A stretch of 52,769 bases of DNA, taken from NCBI GenBank assembly GCA_018398765.1, contig JAHBMJ010000244.1:1-52769 (forward strand), written 5' to 3'. Numbering within the stretch: the first letter of the stretch is position 1; each line of letters begins with the position of its first letter. Made by a program: the position numbers and the translations under genes. The notes below the pieces were generated by a model, which was not told where the DNA came from, made no database searches, and saw nothing but the letters and a program-made list of their open reading frames with translations. Source of the stretch: Chromera velia. Lineage: Eukaryota. This document shows, piece by piece, positions 13,401 through 25,342 of this stretch.

Positions 13401-16400
13401 TCATTTTCTTTCAATCTGCAGGCCCTTCCCGTTCTTATCCTCTGGCACTCATCCGCTCTGTCTGGCTTCCTCGACCTCACGGGCCTCCCCTTCTACTCTG
13501 CCCCTGCCTCCCTGACTGTGTTGGCCCCCATGCTCCGCTTTTTGTGTGTGGGGCCCGACAGGTCCTCGGCAGACCGGCTCCGTTTCTCTCTAGTCCCACC
13601 GGCAGTCTGCTTTGCTGTCTGGTCTCTCGTAGCCTCAGCCCATCTGCTCTGTCTATGGCTGTGGGAGACTCTGATTGAAAAGAAAGCTCGCAAAGTCGCC
13701 GCCAGCGGAGGTAAGCAGCAGAAAAAAATACGGTGGGCAAGTTTTACCGAAAGAAGACAGACAGAAACACGAAGTATTCCAAAACCAAAAATTACGGACG
13801 AAGAGGCTCCACATCCAAAATGCTACCCATCGTTAGACGACGCCCCGGGGGGAGTGAAAAGAAATCAAACTTCCCCTTCGGCTGCCCATTCGGATTTGCC
13901 CTCGTCAGACCCCCAAGAGGCTCCAAGAAGAAGGAGGAGCTCTCAAGATATTGGAAGGGCTGTTGTGGAGAGACAGCAGCGAAGGGAACAGGAGGAGGGT
14001 CTCAGAGGAAGTAAAGGGGGAAGATGCAGAAGCTCTCTCTGGGGGGGGGAGTCCATCACAGCTCGTCTTGCTCGGTCTCGAATTCAACGCGCAAGTGTTG
14101 TGTCGGCGTCCCTCGAAATGGAGTCTGAGGAGGACGAGAAGAGGAGAGTATCGGGAGACGCAGAATTCTTTTTTCTCGCGTCTCTTGCAGCTCAAGAAGG
14201 AGAAGAGGGGGCAGACAGGCAGGAAACAAGAGAAGATGAGGGAAACAGGCGTATGAGGAGGACTTTGCGTGCTTCTCTGCAGCTGGACGCTGGATTACCC
14301 CCAAAAGGGGGGGGAAGAAACAGAGGGGTATCCTTTGCGCTTCCGTCAGTAGCTCGGGAAAGCAGCGGGAGCATAAATGAAGTAGCGGTGCTGCTACAGG
14401 CACAAGCAGCGAGTGACAAAAGACGTCGACAGAATGAGAAAGCAAGGCGCAGATACACTTTCTTCGTGGGGCGACTTTCTTCGTCGGGAAGCTCGTCCGG
14501 AGAAGCCATGGAGAGCGATTGGGAGGACTCAGAGGTAGAGAAGGAGGCAACACAGAGACGGGCAAGCATTTGGGGAAATTGGAATTGGAGCCGGGAGGTA
14601 CGTGTAGAGGCAGTGGTGTGCATACATGGGTATTGACGCATTTGCGTGCCTGTCGAAGTTCTGGGTCGGTGGCATGATTGTGTGCATGCGTGTTGTGATG
14701 AGGTATTAATAGTGTGGTACAGACACTCTTTGCATGGTGAATATAGACTGGGATGCTTCTGTTTTGCTCTGATGTCACGGTCGAATTTGAATGACTTGAA
14801 TTTCTGCTATGAAGGTCCTTCGCTTTGTTTTTGTTTCTGGGTGGAAGTCTGTGTTTGTTTCTATTTGGAGTGGTTACGAGCATGCCCATGTGTCCGATCC
14901 TTGTCTGTGTGATGTCTTGGGTGCTCAGTTTCGTCTTTTGGTCCGTTGGTTTGCAGGATCGGAGGGATAGTTCTGGCTTTGTGGAGGCTCAGGAAGACTT
15001 TATCTCGTTTGCCCAGGCCACAGTCTCGTCTCACGTCCCCTCCCGCAGAGCATCTCGGAAGGGTCTGGGGGGTCGGGGAAGCTTCCTGGGTCCTCGGGGG
15101 GGGTCCGAATCTTCCGCAGAGATTGGGGGGGGTGATGAGAAGAGAAAAGAAGAAGGGGGTGAGAAGGGTATTGGAGGGCCGCCAGCGTCGAGCGCCGAGA
15201 GGCGTCTGACGGTTGTAAGAGGGAGAAAAGGAACCGGAGCAGGAGGGTTGAGAGATGAAGCATGGCACAGGTCCAGGAGGAGAATGTTGGGGGTGAGCAA
15301 GAAGGTCTACGAGCAGTGCATGGCCGTGTTGGAGGAGGAAAAGGAGAAGACGAAAAGCCGCCGAGGGGCAGAAACGGGGTCTCACTTTGTCCACCTAGAC
15401 TCTCTCTTTGTCGAACAGGCGAGGGAGGAGGGAAAGCCATTCTCTCGTCATTTCAGATCGCTTGTGGAAATGAGGGCTGCCCAGTATCTTGGGGTTTTGG
15501 CATCTCTGTTTTCTGTTCTGTATGTCCCGGTAGGTTTTCTCGATTTTTTTATTCAGCCTGTATGGGGCAAAAGGGCTGTGATTTTTCCTTTCCTGCATGT
15601 TTCTTCTTGCCCTTAAACTGAAGGTATACCTGCAGGACGGGTTTGAAATTTATTGGGTTTCTGTCTGATGTACTATTTGTGCATGCTTCCCTTGATTTTG
15701 GATCTCCGCTCTTTCTCTTCAGTTTTGGGTGTTTGTTGATCGCCTCACTGTAGGGTAGCCACGCTCGATACATTCTCTTCCCTGGTCTCTTTCTGTTTTC
15801 TCTCACTCCCTGTCTTTTTCTGTTTGTCGGCTTAGTTGCTTACATGTCTGTCTGACTTTCTGCCCGTCCGCAGATTTTTCATTCGTCCCTCCTGATGCTC
15901 CAGTGTCTCACGGTTCCCGAAAGCGCTTCAGTTGTGTACAACAATGGAGAAACACGTCTGAGAATCGAATACGCCTGGGTGGTTCTGCGAGCCGGGTCTC
16001 AGGCTTGCGACGACTGGACGTACCTGTCTTTGCCCATCTGCCTCCTGACCGCCCTTCTGGTTCCCTTGACTCTCGTTTGGGCCACGCGAAAGAGCAGAAC
16101 GATGCGAAAGATTCTGTGAGTCCCTTCAATTAGTTCAGCGAAGTGTGGATGTGTTTCTGGATACACACGTTGCATGCGTCAGAGAGAGTCGTTACACCAC
16201 AGCAATGCACTTCCGCAAGGTGCTCGACCTTTTTGTCTCTCGAGATTCTTATCCAGAGAAATAATTGGACAGGTGCCTTTTATTTGAGGTTTGTTTGTCG
16301 CAACTCGTTCCACGTCGTAAGTGAGTGTATGTGTGTGTGACAGAGGGAGAGAGAGTAAGAGAGATCACTAACTCCCTTGCGTTGCTGTCCGCCCATACAA

Positions 16401-18072
16401 AATCTGCATGAAGCCACCTGAATGAATCTACGTGTGAACGCAATCGCATACCGGAGTCTGAAGGGCTCTCGGAGGTGGTTAGTTGATGAGGGGCGCTGCA
16501 TGCATCATGGTTCGTTCGCTGCTTTGCATCGCCATTCCCTCCCTTTCCATGATGGACATGTACGAGAGCGAATCAGATGCCGCCACTCTGGATGCATGGC
16601 TTTTGTTTTTTGTTTTTGGAAGGAAGGAAGCTAGTGGATGGATGGAGAATCCGTCTAACGTTTCTTCCTTCCTTCCTTCCTTCCTTCCTTCCTGCCTGCC
16701 TTCAGGTACGAGGCCTGGCTGGTCACCCGCAGGGTTCTTTTTGTGACCATCGCTGTGGGGGTCGAAGTGCTCCTCCCTAGTACCATCGCCTCGATGTCCC
16801 TGGTGGTGATTCTGGTTCTTTTCTTGATCATTCACCTACAGCAGTAGTCAGTCAATCAGTCAGGCAGACAGTCAGGCAGAGAGGCTAGGGTGGAGTATAG
16901 TGCAGAGATGGAAAAAGCAGGAGCCGAAGGCAAAGGAAAGAACAGGTCAAAACTTCTCGCACTCTAAGCGTCTAATTTCGTTTTTCTTCTTCGCCTTTTG
17001 ATCTTTGACCTTCTTTTTCGGTTTGTTTTTCCTCCTGCATGTATGCTGCAAGGTCACTCACTGTCTCTTTCGGTGCACAGACTGCCCGGAAGGGTATGTC
17101 CTTTTTCTTCCTGTGTCTTTTTGTGCCGTGATGTACGCAGGCCTTTTCTTCTCCAATCGGAACGTCATTTCGAGACGTTTTGCCTCTCCGCGTTGTGTTT
17201 GGTTGCTGTGTCCAGGTCAGCTTTGGGTTCCTTAGTTATACTTGACTTTTTCCCTTGTCTTTGCTGTTTTCACTCTTCTCCGCCCCTGTTGTTTTCTTTC
17301 ACTACGTGGGAGAAACTTGAGACAGCGACTGGGATGATCATGAAACGAGAATATGCACATTGGCTCTTTGGAAAGGCACACAGGGACGAAGGTAGACACC
17401 CACAGGGATTTGTCTTTGTACCCCTCGGCGGTGTGCTCACTTGCTTTCCAGTGGAGAGCCTTCTTTCTTTTCCATCCATCACTTATGCCGACTGACTGCG
17501 TCCTCCACAATCCGCATTCTCCCCAGTTTCTTCTGATTTACAAGTTCTGCCTCTCATGCACGAATGAGGCGCCAACTCACTTGAGCAATACTTCCCTCGT
17601 TTTTATGCGGCACAACACCCTTATCTTCTTCTCTCAATTCCTCTGACCGTCTGAGATCAGTTTCCTCAGTCAAAAGCCTCAGTCAGTCAGTCAGCCAATC
17701 AGTCTCTGCATGAGTGAGTAAGTGAGCAAGAGAGCGCATGTATGAGTGAGCGAATGTGTCGGTGAGTAAAATAGATCGACGATCTTTGCAGGTTTTATCT
17801 CTCCTACTTCGAACAGATCGGAGTGTCGGCGTTTGAAGTCGAGAAACAGTCGGTGGTCAGTCGTTAGTTACCCCACGTGTTGTTGCGGCTCGCGGGTTTT
17901 GTTCTTCATTGCCTGGACAAATCAGTTTCTTTGACGTTAGGCAGAGAGACTGAAAACTGCATGCTTCGCCGATTTCAGTGGTCCTTCTTACATGTTTCAA
18001 TGCTCAACTTAGGAAGTGATTGAGCTTTTTTCAGTTCCTCGAGCCTCTTGCAAAAAGTCAACATCACGTGTG

Positions 18073-18074
<2 letters not shown>

Positions 18075-18112
<38 letters not shown>

Positions 18113-18116
18113 ATGT

Positions 18117-18152
<36 letters not shown>

Positions 18153-18228
18153 CTGTGTGTGTGTGTGTGTATGTGTGTGTATGTGTGTGTGTATATCTGT
18201 GTGCGTGTGTGTATCTGTGTGTGTGTGA
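18075..18228. repeat. (CT)n(GT)n intronic microsatellite
   Basis: Seen directly in the sequence. Confidence 0.95.
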
Positions 18229-19414
18229 GCGTCTTGCAGAACGTCACGATTGCACTTTTCCTCGAGCTTCTCTTGGTGGTCGCCGTGTTCGCGTACATCC
18301 TTTGGCTGCTTCTTGACCTGGCAGCAACCAGGTAACAACAAGTCCTTGCCGCTAGTTTTGTCTTTCTATTGTTTTGTGTCTGAGTATGTGCTGTCTCATG
18401 TTCCGGTTCTCCTGGGTGTCTAGAAGGGCTTTGGCAAAGTCACGTACGAGCATCGTGGTGCCGATGCGACCGAGTGACCGCTGAGGGTACTGATAAAGAA
18501 TGTGTTTCATTCGTCTGCTGGTTCGTCTGTTTGTTTGAGAGCCCATTCTGCGCCCTGAGTGTTCATACAAGGTCGGTCGAGTCACGCTAGGCTCGCATGT
18601 TTCTCATGGGTGCTTGAAGCGAGATGCAGAATGATCAAGATGGTGCCTTTGCCATTTTCTGTGATTTCATTAAAAAATGCAGGTACAAGGTGAACAGTGC
18701 CAAGCGTGTACTGAAGCTTGACAAGAGGCGTGCTCACAGGTGACCGCTGGATCGATCCATGGTGCAGCAACACGTACTACGGCCGGGAGGCATCGACAAA
18801 AAGGAATAAAAAGGATCGGTAATGCAAATCATACACGTGCAAGAAGATTCTCTTCACTGAGGGGAAGTTTTTTCAACTTTTTGCTCGAGAGGTCTCTGGC
18901 TACAAGAGAATACTTGTTTTTTGGGTGAGGGTGCAAGCCCCTAGTATGGCCGCTTGCTAGCAATGCTAGCCCGCTTGCAATCAATATTACACAAAATTAA
19001 TTTCTCAAATTATTTGTTATAGATTTGATGAGTCCCTATAATAAATGTTTGTTTGAATTAAAGTGGCCTCTAGGAGGGTAAGTCGGGTTACGACCTAGGT
19101 TACGACTCGGATAAGTAGAATGTAATTCTGCTAGCTATTGCAGAAATGTACAGTCAGGTATTATATGACAGGTAAGCTAGCACGTAAGTCAGTGCGTGCG
19201 ATGGCATGTGGCATATATACACACACTGTGACGCACATACTCATTTAACTCTACGCACAATGGCACGTGCTAGGGCATGTGACTCGGACAATGCACGTGA
19301 ACCTAGGTGAAACTGTTAAAAAAAGTTTGTACCCGACGTGACTTGACTTGACTTAATGCACCATCGTTGCAACATGCCCAACTCTAGGCCTAAACCAAGC
19401 AGAACCGTATGGGA

Positions 19415-20079
19415 CTTGGCGACGCACAGTGGTTTAAAAAAAAAAAAATAGACCTTTCCAGATTTTTTTTTTTTCTACGAAGGATTTCCTAGCGCACCTC
19501 TAGGAGCACCTAGAGAAGCACCTTTTAGAAGTACTTTTAAACTAACTTCCTCGCGAACTTATTCCTCAACTCAAAGTTTTAAACATCTTTCAACCCTAGT
19601 TTCAACCCTAGTTCTAGTCCTGGTTATTATTGTACGTTTGTCTCTACTAGTGTTTCTACTAGTGTCTTCATCATTCCATCATCGACTTTGTTGAACACGG
19701 ACCAACCGATTTTTTTTCCCGGGCAGGCGAAGGGAAAAGGGGGCTCTCTTTTATCCTATGTAAAGAGTGACAAGAAGGTTGGATGCATAGATGCAGACAG
19801 AAGAGCAGATAGAAGAGAAGTTCTTTAACTGGCTTTTTGATGATATCTAGGATGATATACATTTCGAAGCTCTAGTCAAAGCTAGTTTTGCTCAATCCTT
19901 TTAAGCGTGTACCAAGCTAAAAGTGAAACTGGGATCCTAAATATGATTCAAACTCTAGTTGAAGCTAGTCATTTAACCTTTATTTTTTTTTATATATACA
20001 ATAAAATTTTAAATTAAAAATAAAAAAGAATAGACGTTTTCAGATTTTTTTTTTTTACCACTGTGCGTCGCCTAGGTAC
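19415..20079. mobile_element. 665-bp non-autonomous DNA transposon (MITE) inserted in copy 1
   Basis: Absent from copy 2 (empty site agaaccgtatgggagcctccc at ~33595). TIRs cttggcgacgcacagtggt (19415-19433) and accactgtgcgtcgcctag (20057-20075) match at 18/19 and are followed internally by poly-A/poly-T. Direct repeat tatggga at 19408-19414 and 20080-20086. Confidence 0.85.
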
Positions 20080-20159
20080 TATGGGAGCCTCCCGAACTGG
20101 CCCGCATTGCATCAGACCAAGCAGCAAACGATTGATCGATCTACGGGCTCTAAATTTAA

Positions 20160-20906
20160 ATGGCCATCGCAACGTTTTCTAGAAATAAAAAAATGAAAGC
20201 AACAAAAATTGAAACGATTTTCCCCGCTCCTATCAGAGCGCTTATTACTGACTTCCTAGGCCCTCACCGCCTTAGCAGCAGTCTAATTATCCCTTTTCAC
20301 CTTGTGCCGTTTATAACCACTAGTACTCAAATTATCGAGGCTTCGATGAAGCTGCTCGATGCACTAGACGAAAGCTTACTAGATGATGCCTCGGTAAACC
20401 TAGCAGGGCCTGAGCCTCTTCCTAGTACGGCACTAGAGCGTGGCCTCCAAGTTACAGGCATTTTACAATGTGTGCAGACTCTAGTACATGTAGGTGGATG
20501 GTGGTTATGGGCTGTTTAAGCTCCAGATATGGTTTATTTCTGCCTTTTTCCTTCTGCTGTCCCTTTTTGATATGAAGGGCTTTTAGAGTACATCACTGAG
20601 TCCCGCCTGCAGGTCCGTGTACAGACTGCAGTCCTAGCACAGCTTTGGGGAAACCTAGATTTTGATACCGTTGCCTCACTAGCACCTCTTTCAGTGTTAG
20701 CGTAACTTTGCTACCTTCTAGAACTAGCGCGTAGTACGCACCGCATTTTTGAAACGGGGGGGACCTTGGAGTCTCTTTTGCAGAATAAAAACGCCGACCT
20801 CCTGTGTTTTGATCGACGGGTTGCTGAGCATCTTCATAATTTAGCGTTGTGCATACGGGATCGCGCCGCATGGCTCATTGCCTCTGCACCCCGCCCTGTA
20901 AGATAA
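20160..20906 (+). pseudogene. Element ORF A, unknown function, decayed
   Basis: ORF 20160-20519 continues past TAA with a frameshift to ...RDRAAWLIASAPRPVR*; conserved in copy 2 (33682-34432). No domain recognised. Confidence 0.5.
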
Positions 20907-20919
20907 AGGGGAAAAAAAT

Positions 20920-22700
20920 ATGTCAGCCGGTGGAGCTATTGCCTGTCTGATCAATGTAAACCGTCTAATTCTTTATGCGCTAGAAAACCCGTTCCTAGCA
21001 TCCCCTTTGCTGGTTAAAATCGGTAGCGTGTTAAAGAATCCAGACCGTAGACTAGACCAGTACCACTTGTGTTATCCGTGGGGCTTCAACATAATCTGTA
21101 TCCTAGTGTTTCCGCCTACGGTTACGCAAACGCGGTTAGATCATTTCGAACGGATACTTCTCAACTTATTCAGTGACCATAAGCTCAAAAGCCTAGTACA
21201 GATTTTCGAGTCCCGCCAAGAATGGTTAATTAACATCTCTCATACTAATATACTTACAACATTCCGGTCTTTTCGTGACCAGGTCGTGAAGCAGGTTTAC
21301 CGAATCGACGCGTATCTACTATGGTCCGATACGCACTTTTCATCTAATTATAACCTTTATACAGAGTCAGTAATCTTAGATAAAGAACACCAAATCCCGA
21401 AGACCACTACACTGCGTCAAGAGGAATCCAAAGCTAACCAGACAGCACGCCAGCGACAAAAAAAATGAGCAGACGAACAGGTTATGAGAATGAACGTTCA
21501 GGAATTACGCTGGGCTTCTGGCTTTGACTACAAGGTCCAAGGAAGCAGCGATATTGATCTCTTTCACCAATACCTCAGAATCAAAGAGATCCATCCATCT
21601 TAAATCCGTAATACAGACGAAAAGTCTGACTTAATGACTTTCCAATCTTTTGACGATACAGAGTGGGAGATCAAAAAAATTCTTGACTACGACAAGAGGC
21701 GAAACCAATATAAAGTCCAATAGAAAGACTACCCATTAGGCCCAGACAATCTGCAATGGGTTCCAGCATCAAATTTCCAGGGCACCGGGGACCACTTGCT
21801 CGTTGAGTACCCTAGTTGAGTACCATCATAAAGTGAGACAAGACGTCCAGCTGCTTGATGAGCGCTTGGCAGTCCTCGATTTTTCTGAAGTAGAGGATTT
21901 CATGGACCGCGCAGCTACTGCTAGAATGCAGGACCCAGAAATAAAGTTGAAGACCGGTGATGACACCTAGTCTTGCCCCACTACAAGTTTGTTGCCAAGC
22001 GTGGAGCTCAAGGACTTTCTGAAAACGTACCTCCCTCCACATCTGCAGATTGAACTCGCAAATCTTCATCCTATATTTGACACAACAGAAATGGGTGATC
22101 TCGAACCCATTACTGCCACTAGCGCGTCTGTCAGCTCCCCTGCTCTACCTTAGCAACACCAGCTGCTAAATCCCTTCTCCTCTTGCCAAGATGGCCATCA
22201 GTACCCCTGGATTGTGTTAAGATGATCGTCTTTCTCTCCTGCGGACGTTGAAAGTGTAGCACAGCCGCCGAGGCATCTTTTGTGGCATAAAGGGCTCCGC
22301 AATGCTGATCAGAGTCTGGCTTCTTGTACACATATCTTTCGCCCCCCTTCTTCTCAATCTCCCTGGTGGATAAAGGCCCGTTCTTCACAGGCCTGCCCTG
22401 GTAGCTCCAGATTGAGCAGCGGTTCTTTACCTGCACAGAAGACAGAACCATCCAGAAGTCTACAAGAAGAGCTTGATGAGTTTATAGACAAGGACTAGAA
22501 ACTATTGAACCCGCGTAAAAGAATATGCACTTTTCAAAAAAAGGTGTGCGCGTCATCTATCTATAAGAGAAGGCCGCAAGAAAACTACAGAAGCACAACG
22601 ATGCGCGATGCATCTCTACCGGGCTCATTATCAGAAAAAAATTTGAGATGGGCAGCGAAAGTGGTATTCACGCAAACGAGTAGAACCTGATTGGCTGGCT
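20920..22700 (+). pseudogene. Element ORF B: T5orf172/GIY-YIG-like nuclease domain + chromodomain + low-complexity tail, decayed
   Basis: N-terminus ILYALENP..LVKIGSVLKNPDRRLDQYHLCYPWGF..LDHFERIL..RQEWL fits the T5orf172 pattern (Y..KIG..P.RL..P..E..EW). 21661-21780 reads EWEIKKILDYDKRRNQYKVQ*KDYPLGPDNLQWVPASNF, a chromodomain with the conserved W changed to TAG. Confidence 0.72.
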
Positions 22701-22734
22701 GAGCAGCGTATCAAGACGCGTGCCATCTATCACG

Positions 22735-25269
22735 CTAAAAAGCGAAATGAGTGTTGTCAGGCGATGCCAGCTTGAGACCACAAAGGGCTCTCTGATCTTT
22801 TCTTCGCCAGGGTTGTATCTGGTCTCTGCCGATTCTTTTGAGCGTTTGCTGCAGCTTGGTTTTTCAGATGTTGAGGTCTCGCTGATGAATAAACACCTCC
22901 AAGTCACGATTGCTGACAATGTCTGTCTCGATTCCCATAATTCGAAAACACTGCTCACAGATGGATTCGGGGTCTCACTTACTATCACCCATAGGATCTT
23001 CACTCCCGAGAGGCAATACTAAAGCGGAGGTCTGGTAATGATGGAAAACGAGGTGGTAACAGGCATGGATCCACCTGGTAGTTGCACACTTTTCTTTGAT
23101 ATTGGGGTCTGACATTTTGTACCTGGACAGACAGCTCTTTGTGTAGCTGCTCAAACCAGGCGGCTGATTTGAACTTATTGACGCTCTCAAAAGGAAACAT
23201 GGTCTTGCAGGCATCGACAGACTTAATCGGGGGGCAGTCGTTACAGAACATTAGCAAGCGGGCATCAATTTGGAATTCACGCGGGTTGTTGTACAGACGG
23301 CGTGCGCATAGGACATCTCCACCGGAAGTAAAACGTTTAATCAGATTGCCATTAATTTTTACGGCCTTGTTTGTGGCATCCATTTCAATTTTTTGGGTAA
23401 GTGTTAAGCGAGTAAACTCGGCGTCTAACATCCATCCTCCTTTTTTAGCGGGGTCTGAATGAAAAGAAGATATTAAAAAATTTTCTGAAAGAGGATTTAT
23501 GACATATTTCCCAAATGTATTCTGCAGCAGAGTGCTAGTGACGCCTTTTCCCGAATTTCGCTCTTCTATACATCTCCTCCAATGTTTATCTTCAACATGA
23601 CCACCGATTGCTTGCGCAAAAAAGCAGAGAAACAAGTCTGTCTATTCTCCAAACGTAGCTTCAAAAATTCTGCTATGCACTTTAGTAATGGCTTCTTCGT
23701 TTGGTGTGACATCATACTCATATTCAAGCACGATTGTGGTATCGATGCTATTGCCAATCTGTAACCATGGGGTGAAGGTTTAGCTGGGAAGGTTATACAC
23801 ACCATTTTTGAAACAGACCTTCCCCTTCGAGCTGCGATGAAGACGATCGTACAGCGCGTTGTCTTGGTTATTGGCCTGTCAGATATAACACTTCAGTGCT
23901 TCAATAATATTTTTTGCAGTACGGACATTTTAGGAGAAGGATGCCGTCTTCTCTGCGGAAAGGGGCTTTCGGATGTTTGTCTGAAGACAGATACCCAAGA
24001 GGGCATTGTTGACCTGCATGGGGCAAAATTCCCATTGATGGCCCTCTTGAAAAAAGAATTCTCCCCGGCAGTATTTCAGCCGGTCAGCCAAAATCGTTCT
24101 TAGGAACCATCCTGCTTCTGTATGAGTTGAAGCTAATTTAAAAAGCAGAGGGAAGGTTTGGCAATGAGACCTTTTAGCACCTAGGGAAGGAAAAAGGAGA
24201 CGGGTCACTTCGGTAGCTGCCGCTTCAGCAACGGTTGGAGTAATATATAACTGAGGGTTGTCCTCGTATACCCACATGTGGCGACATGTGAAGAGAGGCT
24301 TTCATCAAACGTCGTTTGTCACTAATTTGAAAGAAAAATGAATTGAACTTGACGTCACACTCATGCGGATTATATTTTATTGAGCAGTTCTCAAAAAACG
24401 TGTACAAGAGCTGACGACCGCTGACGACCAGCTTCTCCTAGTTCATTCTTGATTGCATGCCCAACATTAACCCACTAGTGATAGTTGTGTGCCCACTCAT
24501 CTAAAAGGCAGACACACAAATTTCTGATTTTTATAGCGACTGCATTGGTGTGTTGTGAGGGTGAGCAGGCTTCTGCTAGCATGTGGATATTGTCGACTGG
24601 TGATGTGGGGGCGTTTGATGGCAGGCTGAGATTCACTTGGGCCTTTCTACTAAAAGAAGCAAGATATATCAGCACATCAAGAAAGAAAGACGGAACTGGC
24701 TGGAGAAAGCCTCCGGCTAGTGTATTTTATGCATGCTAGAATGAAGCCTATGCTTCATGTCCTAAAATAAATGTATGCTGAAAGGTCTCGCTTCCTTTTT
24801 CAATGTACATGGTCATTGGAGGAGCAATCACCAGTCCTCCGTCACATCGTGTGTCTACCTTTTCATACATTGATAATTTCCCATTTTTGGTTGGGACTTT
24901 TTGGTCATATCGAAAGTATATATGAAAGCCCCGTTGTGTCTAGACTGTTAAGTGTTCTTTCAGCTCAGGGTGTTCTCTAACGGCCCTTTCGTATTCATCT
25001 CGACGATCAAAATCAAAGACGGTCAAATTACTCTTCTTATCCATAAGGAGTGCAATACCCTCATGCTTTTCTAGAGCAATGTACGTATCCATATTTTCAT
25101 GCGTAATCTCAAGCCATTTCCGGGGTAGAAAAAAAATCTTTTTGTTCTCTTCTCCAGTCTCTGGGTTAACAGGGATTTTGACGTAGGTGAAGGTGAAAAA
25201 TACGAATCCTGCTTCTTTATAGAGCTGGGCATAGGCCGCAAGCTGTTGCCAACGATTTTCGACGTTTAT
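22735..25269 (-). pseudogene. Element ORF C: bifunctional primase-polymerase (Prim-Pol) + PriCT-2 + D5-like SF3 helicase, about 840 codons, decayed
   Basis: Hand translation: GIALL..LTVFDFD..TV*TQRGFHIYFRY..VDTRCDGGLVIAPP (Prim-Pol, ~24815-25060); NYH*WVNVGHAIKNELGEAG..F..F....KYNP.EC..KFNSF (PriCT-2); Walker A (E)ERNSGKG at ~23543-23567, RLTLTQKIE, IKRFTSGGDVLCARRLY, LLMFCND (SF3 motifs). Stop TAG at 22735; probable start mutated ATG>ATA at 25269. Confidence 0.9.
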
Positions 25270-25342
25270 TTTCTTTTTTTTTCTTTTATGATATATGTCA
25301 AAAAGAAGATTTCGACCACAGACTTTTCTTTAAATAAAAAAT

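Larger units (their letters stand above)
429..18743 (+). pseudogene. Very large multi-exon gene (5' end probably outside the window): pectin-lyase/polymorphic-membrane-protein-like ectodomain, Cys-rich region and multi-pass TM C-terminus; disrupted by in-frame stops
   Basis: Phase-compatible GT-AG exons read by hand: 429-581, 1043-1532, 1778-~2316, 2629-~2904, 3274-3343, 3649-3761, 4041-~4402, 5143-7494, 7947-8072, 8388-~10496, ~10809-10943, ~11660-12160, ~12449-12567, ~13028-13134, ~13421-14596, ~14957-15529, ~15874-16115, ~16706-16843, ~17141-17215, ~17792-17855, ~18240-18331, 18683-18743 (TGA). Motifs: FIRNSATGAGGAV, GAGGALW, NCARLYGGAM (GGA repeats); CHACSAGSYSL, CTGNRQGVLCGECEEGTS..C..C (Cys-rich); TM exons with W|YEAWLVTRR and PF....ERHFETFCL. 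In-frame stops at 3684, 5876, 5999 and 6551. Exon joining is unresolved near 11.0-11.7 kb and 16.3-16.5 kb. Confidence 0.8.

Noticed and set aside
22720..23022. Plus-strand ORFs 22720-23022 and 36171-36545
   Set aside because: Antisense shadows of the helicase C-terminus.
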